This document shows, piece by piece, positions 49,435-61,850 of a stretch of 64,000 bases of DNA. The translations under genes were made by a program, and so were the position numbers. A model generated the notes under the pieces. That model was not told where the DNA came from, did no database searches, and saw nothing but the letters and a program-made list of their open reading frames with translations. The first letter of the stretch is position 1. Each line of letters begins with the position of its first letter. This DNA comes from Felis catus (taxonomy: Eukaryota): positions 30,010,001 through 30,074,000 of the forward strand of contig NC_058383.1 in assembly GCF_018350175.1 (NCBI RefSeq). Reading direction: 5' to 3'.

Positions 49435-50037
49435 TGATGAGGTTTTTTGGGGTGAGAGTGGGGTTCATGGGGTCCAGAGCCAACGACCAAGAAAGAATTC
49501 TTGAAGATGTCTTTGGTGCAAAAAAATGATTTTATTGAAGCATGGGCACAGGACCCGTGGGCAGGAAGAGCTGCCCTGGGAACCATGAGGAGAGATTGGT
49601 TATTTACTATGGGGTTGGAGGGAGGTAAAGTCCAGGGAAACTTTCCAGTAAGATTTTCATATGCTAAAGAAGACTCCCAGGATAGTAGAGGCCTAGCTGT
49701 TGTCAAGCTAGGGTTGTTTTCCCTTCTAGCAAAGCATTAGCATTAAGACAACAGTTCCTAGAGAAATGTTTTAGTCTGCCTGCCTCAAGTGTCTGTCAAT
49801 GGTAGGAAATTTAGTTCTATCTGCCATTTCCTTCTGGCTTTGTTTCCCACATCACTGTGGAGGGGTGATGGAGACTTAGTCCTGCAGGACTATTATCTCT
49901 ATCACTTAACAGTTTGTTTTTTCCCTTTCCTTTGTTCTTGGGCAGCCAGGAGTGCCTGAGGAATATCACACACATCCCACCTGGTTGGGGTTGGAGGGGG
50001 GGTGTGGCCTGGCAGCTTGCCTTATACTCCCTCATCT
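49435..50037 (-). mobile_element. Solo LTR of the carnivore ERV family, copy 4 (603 bp)
   Basis: TGATGA...TCATC(T) termini; TSD GTTC at 49431-49434 and 50038-50041. Confidence 0.87.
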
Positions 50038-50041
50038 GTTC

Positions 50042-50462
50042 TAGTAAAGGGGACTCGATTCCTGGATTAAGAGGTGAATCATGTGGCCTGGGCCATACCA
50101 ATCAGTTTATACCATTGTCCTGGCTTCAGCAATTGGTTCAGGATGAACACACGACAAAGTCAGGGCATTCAGAGCCAGGGATCTATTCGAAGACTTTTGC
50201 TTGAGTTTGGAGGGAAGCACATTGACCAAGCCTAGAAAACTTGAGAGCAAATAGGTGGGATCTGTGAATGAAGCCAGCACAGGGGACAGCAGAACCAATA
50301 GGGAGAGACTGAGTCCTGGTATTGAAGCCTTGGCCTAAACTAGACTAGAAGCCAAATCTGTGGCTGGTTTTTCAGTTTCAAAAGCTAATAAATTAACTTC
50401 TTTTGCTGAATGTAGTTTGCATTGGGTTTTTAGTAACTTGTCTCCAAAAATAATCCTAGCCT
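50042..50462 (+). mobile_element. MaLR LTR (MLT1J/K-like)
   Basis: GATTGG-like TTCAGGATG..AAAGCTAATAAATT..TTGGGTTTTTAGTAACTTG end. Confidence 0.6.
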
Positions 50463-50623
50463 ACCTCAATTTCCTTACCTGTAAAATGGAAAGAATGATG
50501 TCTACGTGATACACTGTGTTCTGATGAAGAAATACATGGGAAACTGTACATAAAGTATCTATTCCAGAGCCTTAAGTGCAATTTGTTGCCTGCAGTGACT
50601 GCTATGGTTTGCCATGAGATCCC

Positions 50624-50852
50624 TTTTTAAAAAAAAATTTTTTAATGTTTGTTTATTTTTGACAGAGAGAGCGCGTGCGCGCGTGCATGAATGGGGGAGG
50701 GGCAGAAAGAGAGGGAGACACAGAATCTGAAGCAGTCTCCAGGCTCTGAGCTGTCAGCACAGAGCCCGATGCGGGGCTTGAATTCATGGACTGCGAGATC
50801 ATGACCTGAGCCGAAGTGGGATGCTTAACCAACTGAGCCACCCAGGCGCCCC
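50624..50852 (-). mobile_element. Can-SINE (first of a tandem pair)
   Basis: reverse GGGGCGCCTGGGTGGCTCAG head. Confidence 0.95.
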
Positions 50853-50855
50853 CTC

Positions 50856-51067
50856 TTTTTTTTTTTAATGTTTATTTTTGAGCGAGAGAGAAAGACAGAG
50901 TACTAGTGGGGGAGGGCCAGAGAGAGAGGGAGATGCAGAATCCGAAGCAGGCTCCAGGCTGTAAGCTGTCACCACAGAGCCCAACGTGGAGCTCCAGCTC
51001 ACAAACTGTGAGATCATGATCTGAGCCGAAGTTGGACGCTTAACTGACTGAGTCACCCAGGCATCCC
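50856..51067 (-). mobile_element. Can-SINE (second of a tandem pair)
   Basis: reverse GGGATGCCTGGGTGACTCAG head. Confidence 0.95.
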
Positions 51068-51537
51068 AAGATCTCTTTTTTAGGACCAGTGTATTTATTC
51101 TCCAAGCTGTCAAGAGTTTTGGCTTCTGGGGACTCAGAGCTGAGTCTCTGCAGTGGACTTGCCCTTGTTTATACTTCCTTTAGAGGGATCCAACATCCAC
51201 TAAATGGTCAACTGAATGGTGCAAATGCCCAGTCCTTAAGTGTCAGTTGGGGATAATTCTGAGGGGGCGTCCTAGTTTCACAGCCCCCATGATAGAACCA
51301 GGGGCTTCTGTTGTTCTGTTTCCTGTGTCTTCTGTTCATTCTCTTATGGATGTTATTCCTAAGGGCACCCCCATCCAACCTGGCCTAAGTTGGTGTGAGC
51401 ACCCCCACACCCTACTAGAGATCCTATCTTTGCTGAACAAAATCTTGTGCCCTAGACTCTTCCAGTGACCTTTATGTCTACCAAAAATGAACCTGATCCA
51501 TATTCAACTTCATTTCTGGGATCATTCTGTGCCTTGG

Positions 51538-51768
51538 AGCAGTGGTCTTCAGGGGCAACTGTGTCCCCCACCAGAGGACATTTGTCAATGTCTGAAGACA
51601 TATTTAGTTGTCTCATCTTGGGGGGAGGGGAAGGTGCTACTGGCATTTAGTGGCTTGAGGCAAGAGGTGACACTTAACATCCTATGATGCACAAGGCAAC
51701 CCTCCTCAACAGATAATTAGTTATCTGTCCCCAAATGTTAATAGCGTTGAGGCATGGAAATCCTGCTA
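51538..51768. mobile_element. MER20-like MITE
   Basis: CAGTGGTC..GGACATTTGTCAATGTCTGAAGACAT..GCTACTGGCATTTAGTGG..CCCAAATGTTAATAG..GAAATCCTG. Confidence 0.82.
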
Positions 51769-52999
51769 TAAAGCTAATGGCTAATAGGAAAAAGCATTTT
51801 CTTTGATGGAAGGTTATGTTTTAGAATGGGGCCGTCATTATTCTTTATAACAAAAATCTTTGACCACCCTAGATCCCTAAGTATCAATATTAAAAGGAAA
51901 CTACCCACCTGTTTAGAGGTTTATGAAAATCTTTATCTAGTTGTGGGGCTTAATGAATCTCCCAGGTCCTTATTTTTCTCACTGTACAATGGGGATAGGA
52001 ATAAAATCTACCTCAGGAATTTTGTGAGGAATAAAGGCTATTATACATGTGAATCCCTTAGCAGAGTGCCCAGGATATGATAAGCACTTGGTCTTAGCCA
52101 CCATTATTACTTTATTATTATCATCAGTTACAGAGAAAATTTTCCAGTTGTTGTACTCAGGGGGAATGGATCAGTGGTTTGGGGGGTGAAGGATGTGATT
52201 GCAGCCTGGGCCATAACCTAATATAAATGAAGTCCCAAGAAGGAGGCTTGAGCTTGAGACAAGGAAGTGTGGTGCAGACTCCAGTTACAAAGTTTAACTA
52301 TGAATCCAAAGCATCAAGGTCGAGATGGAGAGACCCAAGTGGGGAAAATACAGCCTGCACTGGGGTTGTGGGGTTGTGAGTTTGGGACTAATCTTGGACC
52401 AAGATTAGCAGCCATCGGTGAAAAAGTAGACCTGTGTGGGAATGATGGAATCTACTAAGCACAGTTCTGAAACTGTGTTGTCCTCTAATAGATCTGGGAG
52501 GGCTTGGTAGCATCTTCCTGCAAACGGGGTGATGATTATTTACAACTACTCTTTATTAAACCTTCACTGAGTGCCAGGCGGTACATTCAGCTGGAGAGCT
52601 CCCTCTATCCCTCCCGATTACTCTACAAAGGGAGTAATGGAGTTTAGTAGAATTATGCCTATTTTAAGACAAGGTAAGTGAGGCCCAGAAAGTTTAAGTG
52701 AGAAACCTGCTGTTAATTCTCACAACGTAAGTGTAATGGGGGTAAGGGGAAAGGAGTGTATGTCCTTTGAGTCTGGACCTTTCTATCAAGTAGCATTCCT
52801 TTGGGGCATAAGGTAACTAGGAAAATAAAAATGAAAAAAGAACAGCACCGCCAACTAAATACTGAAGTAATTAGATGAAAGTCAATATTAACAAGCTTCT
52901 GTGATTCCAGGGACCCAAAGGCAAAGATTCAAAACTGTCTGCCACACAGCAATTTTGTAGACTTAGGGAAGGAATGTGATACAGGAATCAATTCTTCCA

Positions 53000-53316
53000 G
53001 CTGGTTAATTGCTCGATATTTCCCAAGCAGCCAACAGTCCAGTCTGTCCTAGCCAGAACCGTGTGGATGCTGAGGACAGTAACTGGTTAAATCCAGAATC
53101 TGCTAAGGAAGCTCTTTCTTTTAGGCAACAGAGCCCCCTGCCTTACACAGAGACTCAATTTGCAAATGGTGAGGGTGATCTCTTTCACTCAATCTGCTGA
53201 TCCAAATGCTATGTCTTCCAGAAACACCTTCATGGACACACCCAGAAATAATGTTTTACCAGCTATCTGGAAATCCCTTAGAGCAGTCAAGTCTACACAT
53301 AAAATTAGCCATCACC
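53000..53316 (-). mobile_element. ERVL LTR fragment (MLT2-like)
   Basis: CCAGAAACACCTTCATGGACACACCCAGAAATAATGTTTTACCAGCTATCTGG..CATAAAATTAGCCATCAC. Confidence 0.78.
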
Positions 53317-53319
53317 AGA

Positions 53320-53790
53320 GGCTTAAAACAAAAGCACTCTTGGCTTGTGCATGTCCAATGTGGGCAGAGCTCAGTAGGGAAGGTCTCCATTACGCTGTAC
53401 TCAGCATCAGCCTTGACTCCTCCCATGTGGACTGAAATCTCCTTCCAAGATGGGTCACCCTCATGGTTTCCAGGTTAGTGCTGGCTCCTGGCTGGGAGTT
53501 GAGCTGAGACTAAGGTCTAGGGACCTTGGTCTCTCCCCAGGTAGGCATCTTCATGTGTCCTGGGTTTCATCACAGCATGATGACTATGTTCAAGAGTGAC
53601 AATCTCGAAAGAGAGAGCCAGGCAGATCTGTATTTCTCATTATGATGCAGCCCTGAAAGTTACATGGCATTACATTCACCATACTCTATTATCCTAAACA
53701 GTCACAAAAGCCACCCAGGTTCTAGATTTCATCTTTTGATAGGGATGGCAAGATTCTGTGGGGCATGTGCAATGGGAAAATCCAATCTGG
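53320..53790 (-). mobile_element. MaLR LTR (MLT1F/G/H-like)
   Basis: GGCTTAAAACA..CTTCCAAGATGG..CACAGCATG..CAGTCACAAAAGCCACCCAG. Confidence 0.65.
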
Positions 53791-54687
53791 CAAGGCATTA
53801 TTGTGATAACTAAATAAGATAATGAATATGAAGTGTTTCACTTGGTATCTAGCACAGAATATATATTTTATAAATATTTGTTAAATGGATGATTTAAATG
53901 GTAAGGTTGACATTTCCTAAGAGACTAGACCATTTATTACTAATCTCTGTATCATGGCTGTCCATCCTGTGGCAAGAAATACAAGTTCAATAAATATATC
54001 TTGGATGTAAAGAAATTAATAGTCCTGGAATATGGTAGGTACTCAATAATTCTTGGTTGAATAGGTAGAGCCTTCATCAACAAAGGACATCTATAGCTCT
54101 TTAGAGATTCACTAAACCTTAAGGGTTAACTATCTTGGATTCAGCCACCAGGAGGGTGTCCCAGCCAGTCTTTACAAACACTCAGAACTGCCTAAGAGGG
54201 GCAAGTGTGGTCAGATTCAGAGAACTGTCATAATTCCAGACTCAGATTTCCATGAACATTAATGCGACCTCAGCCAGGGCATCTCCTTCATTGGCCAAAC
54301 ACTTCAGCACGAATCGAAGCTGCCGTGTTTCTCTGTTGTGTATTGGATAAATGACATGGTGAGACAGGGATTACTGCCTGAGAGAGCAAGACACAAATGA
54401 AAAGCTAGAAGTGGCCTAGAAGGAATAGCGAAAGACCAGAAGAATGTCTTTGTGCCATACTGAGGAGCTGGTTGGGAGCCTGTGAAGGTTCTGCAAGCCA
54501 AGTCCAGTCAGTTCCTCTGAATGTGGAATGGGGTTTACCTTGTCTAACTCTGGTCTTCTGCATTGGTAGAAATTCAGGCCAACTGCAGTCCACCTAAGGC
54601 AGATCATATCAGAGAGAAGACAGTTTATGACCATAATATGAACCTCCCTCACTTTGAGCCACTTTGGTGCTAAACCCGTGAGTTTCC

Positions 54688-54921
54688 TTTGTTTTTGTTT
54701 GTTTGTTTTTAATTTTTTTTATGTTTATGTACTTCTGAGAGACAGGGAGAGGGAGCACGAGCAGGGGAGGCATAGAGAGAGACAGAGACACAGAATCCAA
54801 AGTAGGCTCTAGGCTCTGAGCTGTCAGCACAAAGTCTGATGTGGGGCTCAAACTCATGAGCCATGAGATCATGACATGAGCTGAAGTCAGATGCTCAACC
54901 GACAGAGCCACCCAGGCACCC
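54688..54921 (-). mobile_element. Can-SINE
   Basis: reverse head; approximate TSD GTTTCCTTTGTTT/GTTCCCTTGTTT. Confidence 0.93.
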
Positions 54922-56520
54922 AGAGGTTCCCTTGTTTTAAGACATCCTCCTGATAACTCTGCCACATTCTTTTAAGCATCCAGCAAGTTTATTGGAACCT
55001 GTGCCATGTGACAGGTTGTCCCCTGTCTCCTTGTGCCCCAAAAATAAATTACCAGAAAAATAATGGGCTTTAAAAGTATTAGACATTCTTCTGTGTGAGT
55101 CCTGACCCTGGCATTTGCCAACCAGGTGAAATTGGGCAGCTCATGTGACTTTGAAACTTGAGCTTTCTCATCTATAAAATGGGGCTAACATGTTAGAAGT
55201 CAGGGGTTTGCTGTAAAGATTAGAAAAGGGAGCATCAAGTTTATAGCACATGGTAAGAACTCAATAAAATACTAAGTGTTTGTATTATTATTACTGTAAC
55301 CCTAATGATACCACCCCTATCCTCAAGGCACTCATAGAACAGACTCATTTTGAGGTTGTTTACGTGTGTTCTGTTTCTGTACCGGTAGGTTGCATCTCCA
55401 GGAGGGCAAGAACTATATTTCTCCTTTTCCATCTTCTGTGAGTCCAATGTTATTGGGTTTTGACGCTCAATTACTGACCATTGAATATGTAAATGTATAT
55501 TAATAATCATGTGGAGCTTGATACTGACTATAAGGATATCTAAGGATTCATACAAACTTGTTTCTCTTTTCATACCCATTATCTTAAGGTAGATTAACTT
55601 CTAACGGCCCGATACCAGTATGATGCCTTTACTTGCCCTTTTGCTTCTAAATTAATTGTGTTAAACACCTCCATTAAGGTCTCCAGACATGATATGTAGG
55701 GTCATTACAGTCTACTATTAGCACACACCAGGCTAGAAAAAATGAAAAGGAATGCACTTTTCTCTCTCCTCTGCGATATACATTTTTCCCTATCTGATAT
55801 ATAAACTCCGGTGACTGAATTTTGATGTATGGCTTGGGGCAGCAAATTATCTAGTTATGACTTATTTGGAAAAACAAAGGAGATTAGTCTCCCTGCAAAA
55901 AAAGAGAATGAAAAACCAGTAGGCTAGAACGTCTCCAGGCAGATATGAAGGTTACACGCATTCTTGTTTCGATTGATAATACTCCCTTGGTGACCTACTC
56001 CCCTGATCATATATTTGGTGACTTGAGAGAAGGAGGGTAGGCTTGAAGGGAGGGGAGAGGAAGTTTTCTTTATAAAGTCTTTGTAAAATCCTTTCTCCCC
56101 AACGTAGTCTAGACCAGGACTTGGCTCATCAGGCAAGGTTTCATGCTAGGAATGTCTAAGGTCCTTCCAGTCAAAGAATCTCTATCATTTGTATGATACC
56201 CCATGAACCCCAAAAAATCATAATTGGTGGCAAGAGAAGGTGAGCCATAACAGAATAAGCATCCTGAAGAAGTTATGCTTAGGACCTCCTGTGTTTCCTC
56301 TAGATGGTTCTTTTTTCTTTAGTTCAACAGGTTGACTGGTAGAACAAGTACATCAAAATTGGAACATTTCTTTGTTATCCATCACTGTATCTTAGTGCCT
56401 AGCACAGTGTATGAAATATGGTAGGTGCTCAGTATAAGTTAGTTCATCTATACATTGAGGATATATTGCAAATATTTTTGAGCTTCGAGTGACATGGCAG
56501 ACATTGTCCTTGACATAAAT

Positions 56521-56604
56521 GAAAGAAGGAAGGAAGGAAGGAAGGAAGGAAGGAAGGAAGGAAGGAAGGAAGGAAAGGAGGAAGGAAAGGAGGAAGGAAG
56601 GAAG
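56521..56604. repeat. (GGAA)n microsatellite
   Basis: direct reading. Confidence 0.95.
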
Positions 56605-56651
56605 ATAAGTGAATTCTCCCTAAGGTCTTGCCAAGAGTGGCCCTAGTCACA

Positions 56652-56887
56652 TTTTTTTATTTCTTTTTTTTTTTTTAATTTTTTAACGTTTATTTATTTT
56701 TGAAGGAAAGAGAGACAGAGCATGAGCAGGGGAGGGGCAGAGAGAGAGGGAGACACAGAATCCAAAATGGGCTCCAGGCTCTGAGCTGTCAGCGCAGAGG
56801 CCAATGCAGGGCTTGAGCTCACAAACCATGAGATCATGACCTGAGCTGAAGTCAGTCACTTAACCGACTGAGCTACCCAGGTGCCCC
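56652..56887 (-). mobile_element. Can-SINE
   Basis: reverse head; approximate TSD CACATTT.TTATTTCTT. Confidence 0.94.
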
Positions 56888-57309
56888 ACATTTGTTATTT
56901 CTTATATGGAACCATTAATTTATTGAATTTTCTTCTTGTTTCTCAGGTAAATTACCCAGACCTTCAGGTCCTTTTTGGGGACTGTCCTAAGCATAAAGAA
57001 TGGCAATATGAAGTTTTGGGGACTATGTTTATTGGTGGCTGAATAGCCAGTACAAAGAAACTCAGTTCAAGATGAATTAATATTTTTAGAATATAAAATG
57101 GTTCTAAGTTAAATAAAAAGGACATGGACAAACAGAAGCTGGGAGGTGAAAGGCTATACAGAGCTGATATCTGTATAGAGAATCAGCCAGAAATAGGTAT
57201 TCAGAACTTAGACTGTGAGTTACAAGTTAGTGCAAGATCTTTTTATGTGGTGACATGGGGCAGGCATGTGGCTGTGAGAGGTAGACAATTGTACATGTAC
57301 GGTAGAGGG

Positions 57310-57945
57310 AACAAAGTCCACACAAAGATGCCCTCACTCCTGAAATAAATTGCAAGTTCAAGGGGTCCCCAAAACTACTTTTAGTTTTGATAATTTGCTA
57401 GAAAGATTCATGGAACTCACTGAACGTTGTTGTACTCACAGTTACAGTTTATTGCAGGGAAAGGATACAGGTTAAAATCAGTCAATGGAGGGGGGATAAA
57501 ATCAGCTAATGGAGGAATCTCATGAGCAGAGTCTAGGAAAGGTTTCAAATGTGGAGCTTCAGTTGTCCTCTCTCTATGGAATTATGGACAGTGTGACTTC
57601 CCCAGCATCGATGTGTGATCATAGGCACAGAGTAGTGTCAATCACAGAAGCTCTCCCAAGCGTTGGTATTTTGCATTTTTATTGGGGCTTCATCCCATAT
57701 GGCTTGTGTGGCAGCCCCTCTGGAGTTAGATCTGACAATGTGGGACTAGCCATTAGTCTCTAGTTCCTTCATAGGTGGAACTAATACTGTATAGCCCCAA
57801 ACCTCCATTTTACATCCTATTGTTAGACTGGTGGCCAGGGTCCCTAGGAAACAAAGATACTCCTACAAGGAGTGAACATCCCCAAGGGTCTAGGGATTAC
57901 ATCCCAGCAACCAAGGACACAGGTAAGTTGATTCTTCACTACACA
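57310..57945 (-). mobile_element. MER21-like ERVL LTR
   Basis: GCAAGTTCAAGGGGTCCCCAAAAC..GATAATTTGCTAGAA..GGAAAGGATACAGGTTAAAATCAG..TTTTTATTGGGGCTTCATC. Confidence 0.75.
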
Positions 57946-59259
57946 GTGGCCTTATGCATATTAACAACCCAGAATTGCCCCCCAATGAAACATTCATTCA
58001 TTCATTCATTCATTCATTCATTCATTCATGTCTCTGTGCCAAACACCACACTAGGCACTTTAGGGGAAATGGTGGTTAAGACATGATTCTTGAGCTGACT
58101 CAAATGTGAGCAATCATGGGAGACATGGAACAGATGGAAGATGGAAAGGTGACCTAGCTAACCAGAGAATATAGCCCTGGAGTGGGAAATAGGGAAGTTT
58201 AGGGCTTAGTCTAAAGGGGCATAGGGCTCCCTTTTCTTATTCCAGGAAGATCAGAAGGAAAAAGTCCAACCATATAGCCAGGGCATGGTGACAAGTCCTT
58301 CACATCCATAGCAAGTGGGCAAAGAGGAGTCACTAGCCAGATCTTTATTTTGTTTTTATTTTCTTCTTAGTACTAACTGCATCTGAAATTGTCTTGCTTA
58401 CTTATTTGTTCATTTAGTGTTTGTCTTTCCCAGTAGTATGAGGGAAGATGTTTGCCTCTTTCTCTCGCCCCTCTGTTCCCAGTCCCTGGAAGAGTGCCTA
58501 GGACAATGTAGACACTCATTATTCATTTGTTAAATGAATTTTCCTCCAACCCCATGCCACAAGAAGGATCTTGGAACTTTCTACCTCCAGGGCTTAGGTT
58601 TCTCCAGCTAAATCAAAGAGAAACTCTCAGCCACCAAAAGAGTGTCTAGCTCCACATCAACTCCCATTCGTTTCTTCCAGCAGGAGTGCGATGTATTGTA
58701 TCAGGGGGAGTAGAAGCTGCTGGTACCATGGTGCATTTGTCCATTTAGATCCGCTGGAAAGCTGAGGAGTAATTATAGATGCAAACCTGCTGCCTTCAAC
58801 TGTAAAAACTTCACACTGAGTTAATAAAGTCTTGGCCACTTAGCTTCATGTTTTTGCATCTTAACACATGAAGGCATTTTGCAAAGGGTTGAGTGAACAT
58901 AATTATCAATTTCCACATGCATATTACCATTCAGCTGGGGTCAGGCAAATTCTTCCTAGACACAGACTGTTGACAATGGCAACGAGCACTTGGGCTCACT
59001 TTTCTCATCCACCATGTGCAAATTTGTGTCACTTTCTTTTGACTCCGTTTATCGATTTCCACATAAATCCCTGGTGAAATGCAAAACATCAAAGCTGTTC
59101 CTGGAACCAGTCCAACAGGGGATGGGGGAAAAATGGAATTTGACTTTTCTTTCTGTTGAGGAAATTAGAGGTACTTCATGGCTTTTTTGGGGGGGTGTAA
59201 ATTGTCAGAGAATGACTTGGGGACAATGCAGAGGTGGCTTCTATTTGCTGGGATGTAAG

Positions 59260-59810
59260 AACTTCAGACAAAGGCTGGGGCAGGGGATGATGCAAAATAT
59301 TGAACAAAATGGGGATCTTTTGTTTCAGAGATGGACTGTGTATTAAATTATGTATATAGAGTGAATTGGGATAAATGGCTTATAAAGGTATAATTATGTG
59401 GTTATATATATTTGGAAATACTCTGGTGTAGAAATTAAATGGACTAAAATAGTAGAGTTAGAACATGAGTTGGACTGTGAGGTACAAAAGAGGTGGCTGA
59501 TTATGTTTCCGTGATAGCACTAGCGAGGTGAGCCAAGACCGGTGGAATTCAACCAAGTGGAGTGGAGTGTTCTAAGGGTGAACCCAGCCAAAACTCAAAA
59601 GCGCCTGGCTCTGAGATGCCCTTTCCTTAGCCTAATGCCTGTGAGACTAATAAAGCCATATGTCTGGAAGTATGTCGTAATCAGGGGCATAAGGACACAG
59701 GTCTAGTAGTGCCGATTTGGAAGAAGTTCTGAGATGCGGTATGGAGGAGGCACTGCTCCTGTTTTTTGTCCATTCCTGTTGACCCACCTCCAATGTCTAG
59801 TGCCACTTAG
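59260..59810 (+). mobile_element. Possible very old L3/CR1 remnant
   Basis: weak resemblance only (ACAAAGGCTGGGG..GGATC..GGGATAAATG..GGAGGAGG..GACCCACCT). Confidence 0.3.
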
Positions 59811-59881
59811 CGCACTACAGAGTACCGTGTGGCTTCTTTCTTCAAGATAGCATATACACAGCCATCAGAGCGTGTCTGCCT

Positions 59882-60090
59882 ATTTTTTTTTAAGTTTGTT
59901 TAGGCTGAGAGAGAGAAAGGGCACAGCGCATTCGTCACTGGGGGAGGGGCAGAGAAAGAGAATCCCATGCAGGCTCCACACTGTCATTGAGGAGCCTAAT
60001 GTGGGGCTTCATCTAAGGAACCATGAGATCGTGACCTGAGCCAAGATGGAGAGTCGGATGCTCAGCCGACCGAGCCACTCAGTCACCCCC
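59882..60090 (-). mobile_element. Can-SINE (degraded)
   Basis: CCATGAGATCGTGACCTGAGCCAAGAT..CCGACCGAGCCAC. Confidence 0.88.
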
Positions 60091-60854
60091 AAGTCTTCCT
60101 ACTTTGCATCCCATTTCTGTCACTCATACCTCAGTCCTTTGGATAACTTGCTGATGTTTTTTCCTCATGTGGAGAATGAGCCCACATTTGGAGTCACTGT
60201 CGCATGGTTGGCACAGTGCTGGCATGGAACAAACACTCATCACATGTTTTCTAGTATGGTATTTAACGTGTTAAAGAGAGGACTGGCCACACCCAATGCG
60301 AGGCTGGGTGTCAGGGAAGGCAAATTGCCTTCCTAAAGTGTCTCATGTGTTGTCTGCACCTCTCAGTCCTTTTTCCTTCTTCCTGTATCTTTCCCTTTCA
60401 TTCCCTCCTTGGTGGTCGACCTCGTTTCTCCTTCAAATCCAAAAACAAACAAACAAGCAAGCACTAGTGAAAGAGGGTGTAACATTAGTTCTGGAAACTT
60501 CAACCCTTCAGAATTGTGTGTGGCTGGTCAAATATGTCCTGTAGGGGGAGCCATTCCCTTTCCCTGTCTCCTGACGACTGGCCCATAAATGAGACCATTC
60601 TGTCCTCTCAAAAGGATCAAGTAGATACGGTTGCCTTTGAAGGAGGAAGTGTTCTACATCTGATTAATGAGGGTACAAGGTTAGAACATAAATGGGACCA
60701 GCCTTCTCTACTGGAAAAAATTAATGTGTAGAGGCAATGGACCCCTCTTTTCTCTTCCCTTTACTCTCAATGGGAGTGGAGAAAGCTATGGTATTTTTCA
60801 CGTAGCTGGTTGGGCAAGTGACCAGCCAGACCTAAATCTTCCCCTGTGTGGATC

Positions 60855-61322
60855 CCTATATCATTTAGCAATTGGCGTAAAACAAATGATCATAAAATTT
60901 AGCGGCTTAAAACAACCATTTATTATTATTTTTTTACAAGTCTGTGGGCTATCTGGGTAGTTTTTCCAGCTTTGGCGGGCTCATTAAGGCATCTTCAGCC
61001 AGCGGAGGGTTGACTCGGGGGGGTCTAGGATTGCAGCGGGGTGCAAAGTTGTTCAACGTGTCATTCATTCTCCAGCAGCAGAGCCCAGGCTTGAACATGC
61101 AGTGGTGGTGGGGTCTGAGGTTGAGTAAACCTAATTGTATAAAAGGACCAGAAGAGACCCACACATGCTTTGAAGCCTCTGATTGCATGAGGTTTGCTAC
61201 AGTCTTATCTTACAAAACAAGCCACCCATCTGAGCCAGGGAGCTACAAAATTATAACCAAAGGGTGTGGATACAGGCAGGCCATTCACTGGGGCCATTCA
61301 TGCAATGAATCTCCCCAGTCCC
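60855..61322 (-). mobile_element. MaLR LTR (MLT1F-like)
   Basis: AAAATTTAGCGGCTTAAAACAACCATTTATT..AAGGGTGTGGATACAGG..GGGGCCATT. Confidence 0.7.
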
Positions 61323-61413
61323 AAAGACTGCAATATGAGGTGTATACAGTTTGCAAGGGTGAGAACGGTGTTACATCAGGCCTTGGAAAGCTTTATGATA
61401 AAAAAAGATTGTT

Positions 61414-61610
61414 GGGGCACCTGGGTGGCTCAGTGGGTTAAGAATCTGACTCTTGATTTTGGCTCAGGTCATGATCTCAAGGTTCGTGAGATCGATCCCT
61501 GCATCGGGCTCTGCACTGAAAGCGGGGAGCCTGCTTGAGATTCTCTCTCTCTGCTCCTCCCCTCCATGCACTCTCTCTCTCTTTCATTAAATAAATGAAC
61601 ATTTAAAAAG
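61414..61610 (+). mobile_element. Can-SINE (older type, first of a tandem pair)
   Basis: head with CTCTTGATTTTGGCTCAGG; short body. Confidence 0.94.
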
Positions 61611-61620
61611 AAAGATTCTT

Positions 61621-61850
61621 GGGGCATCTGAGTGGCTCAGTCAGTTGAGCATCCTACTTCAGCTCAGGTTATGATCTCATGACTCGTGGGTTCGAGCCCT
61701 ATGTCGGGCTGTGTGCTGACAGCTCAGAGCCTAGAACCTGCTTTGGATTCTGTGTCTCCCTCTCTCTCTGCCCCTCTTCCACTTGCACTCTGTCTCTGTC
61801 TCCGTCTCTCTTTCTCTCAAAATAAATAAACATTTAAAAAGTTTAAAAAA
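61621..61850 (+). mobile_element. Can-SINE (SINEC_Fc type, second of a tandem pair)
   Basis: body with GTGCTGACAGCTCAGAGCC; poly-A tail. Confidence 0.94.

Noticed and set aside
47184..50037. LTR copies 3 and 4 as the two ends of one deleted provirus
   Set aside because: They are different structural variants, each has its own TSD, and the spacer is L2/MIR/MER58 and unique DNA with no PBS or gag/pol remnant.
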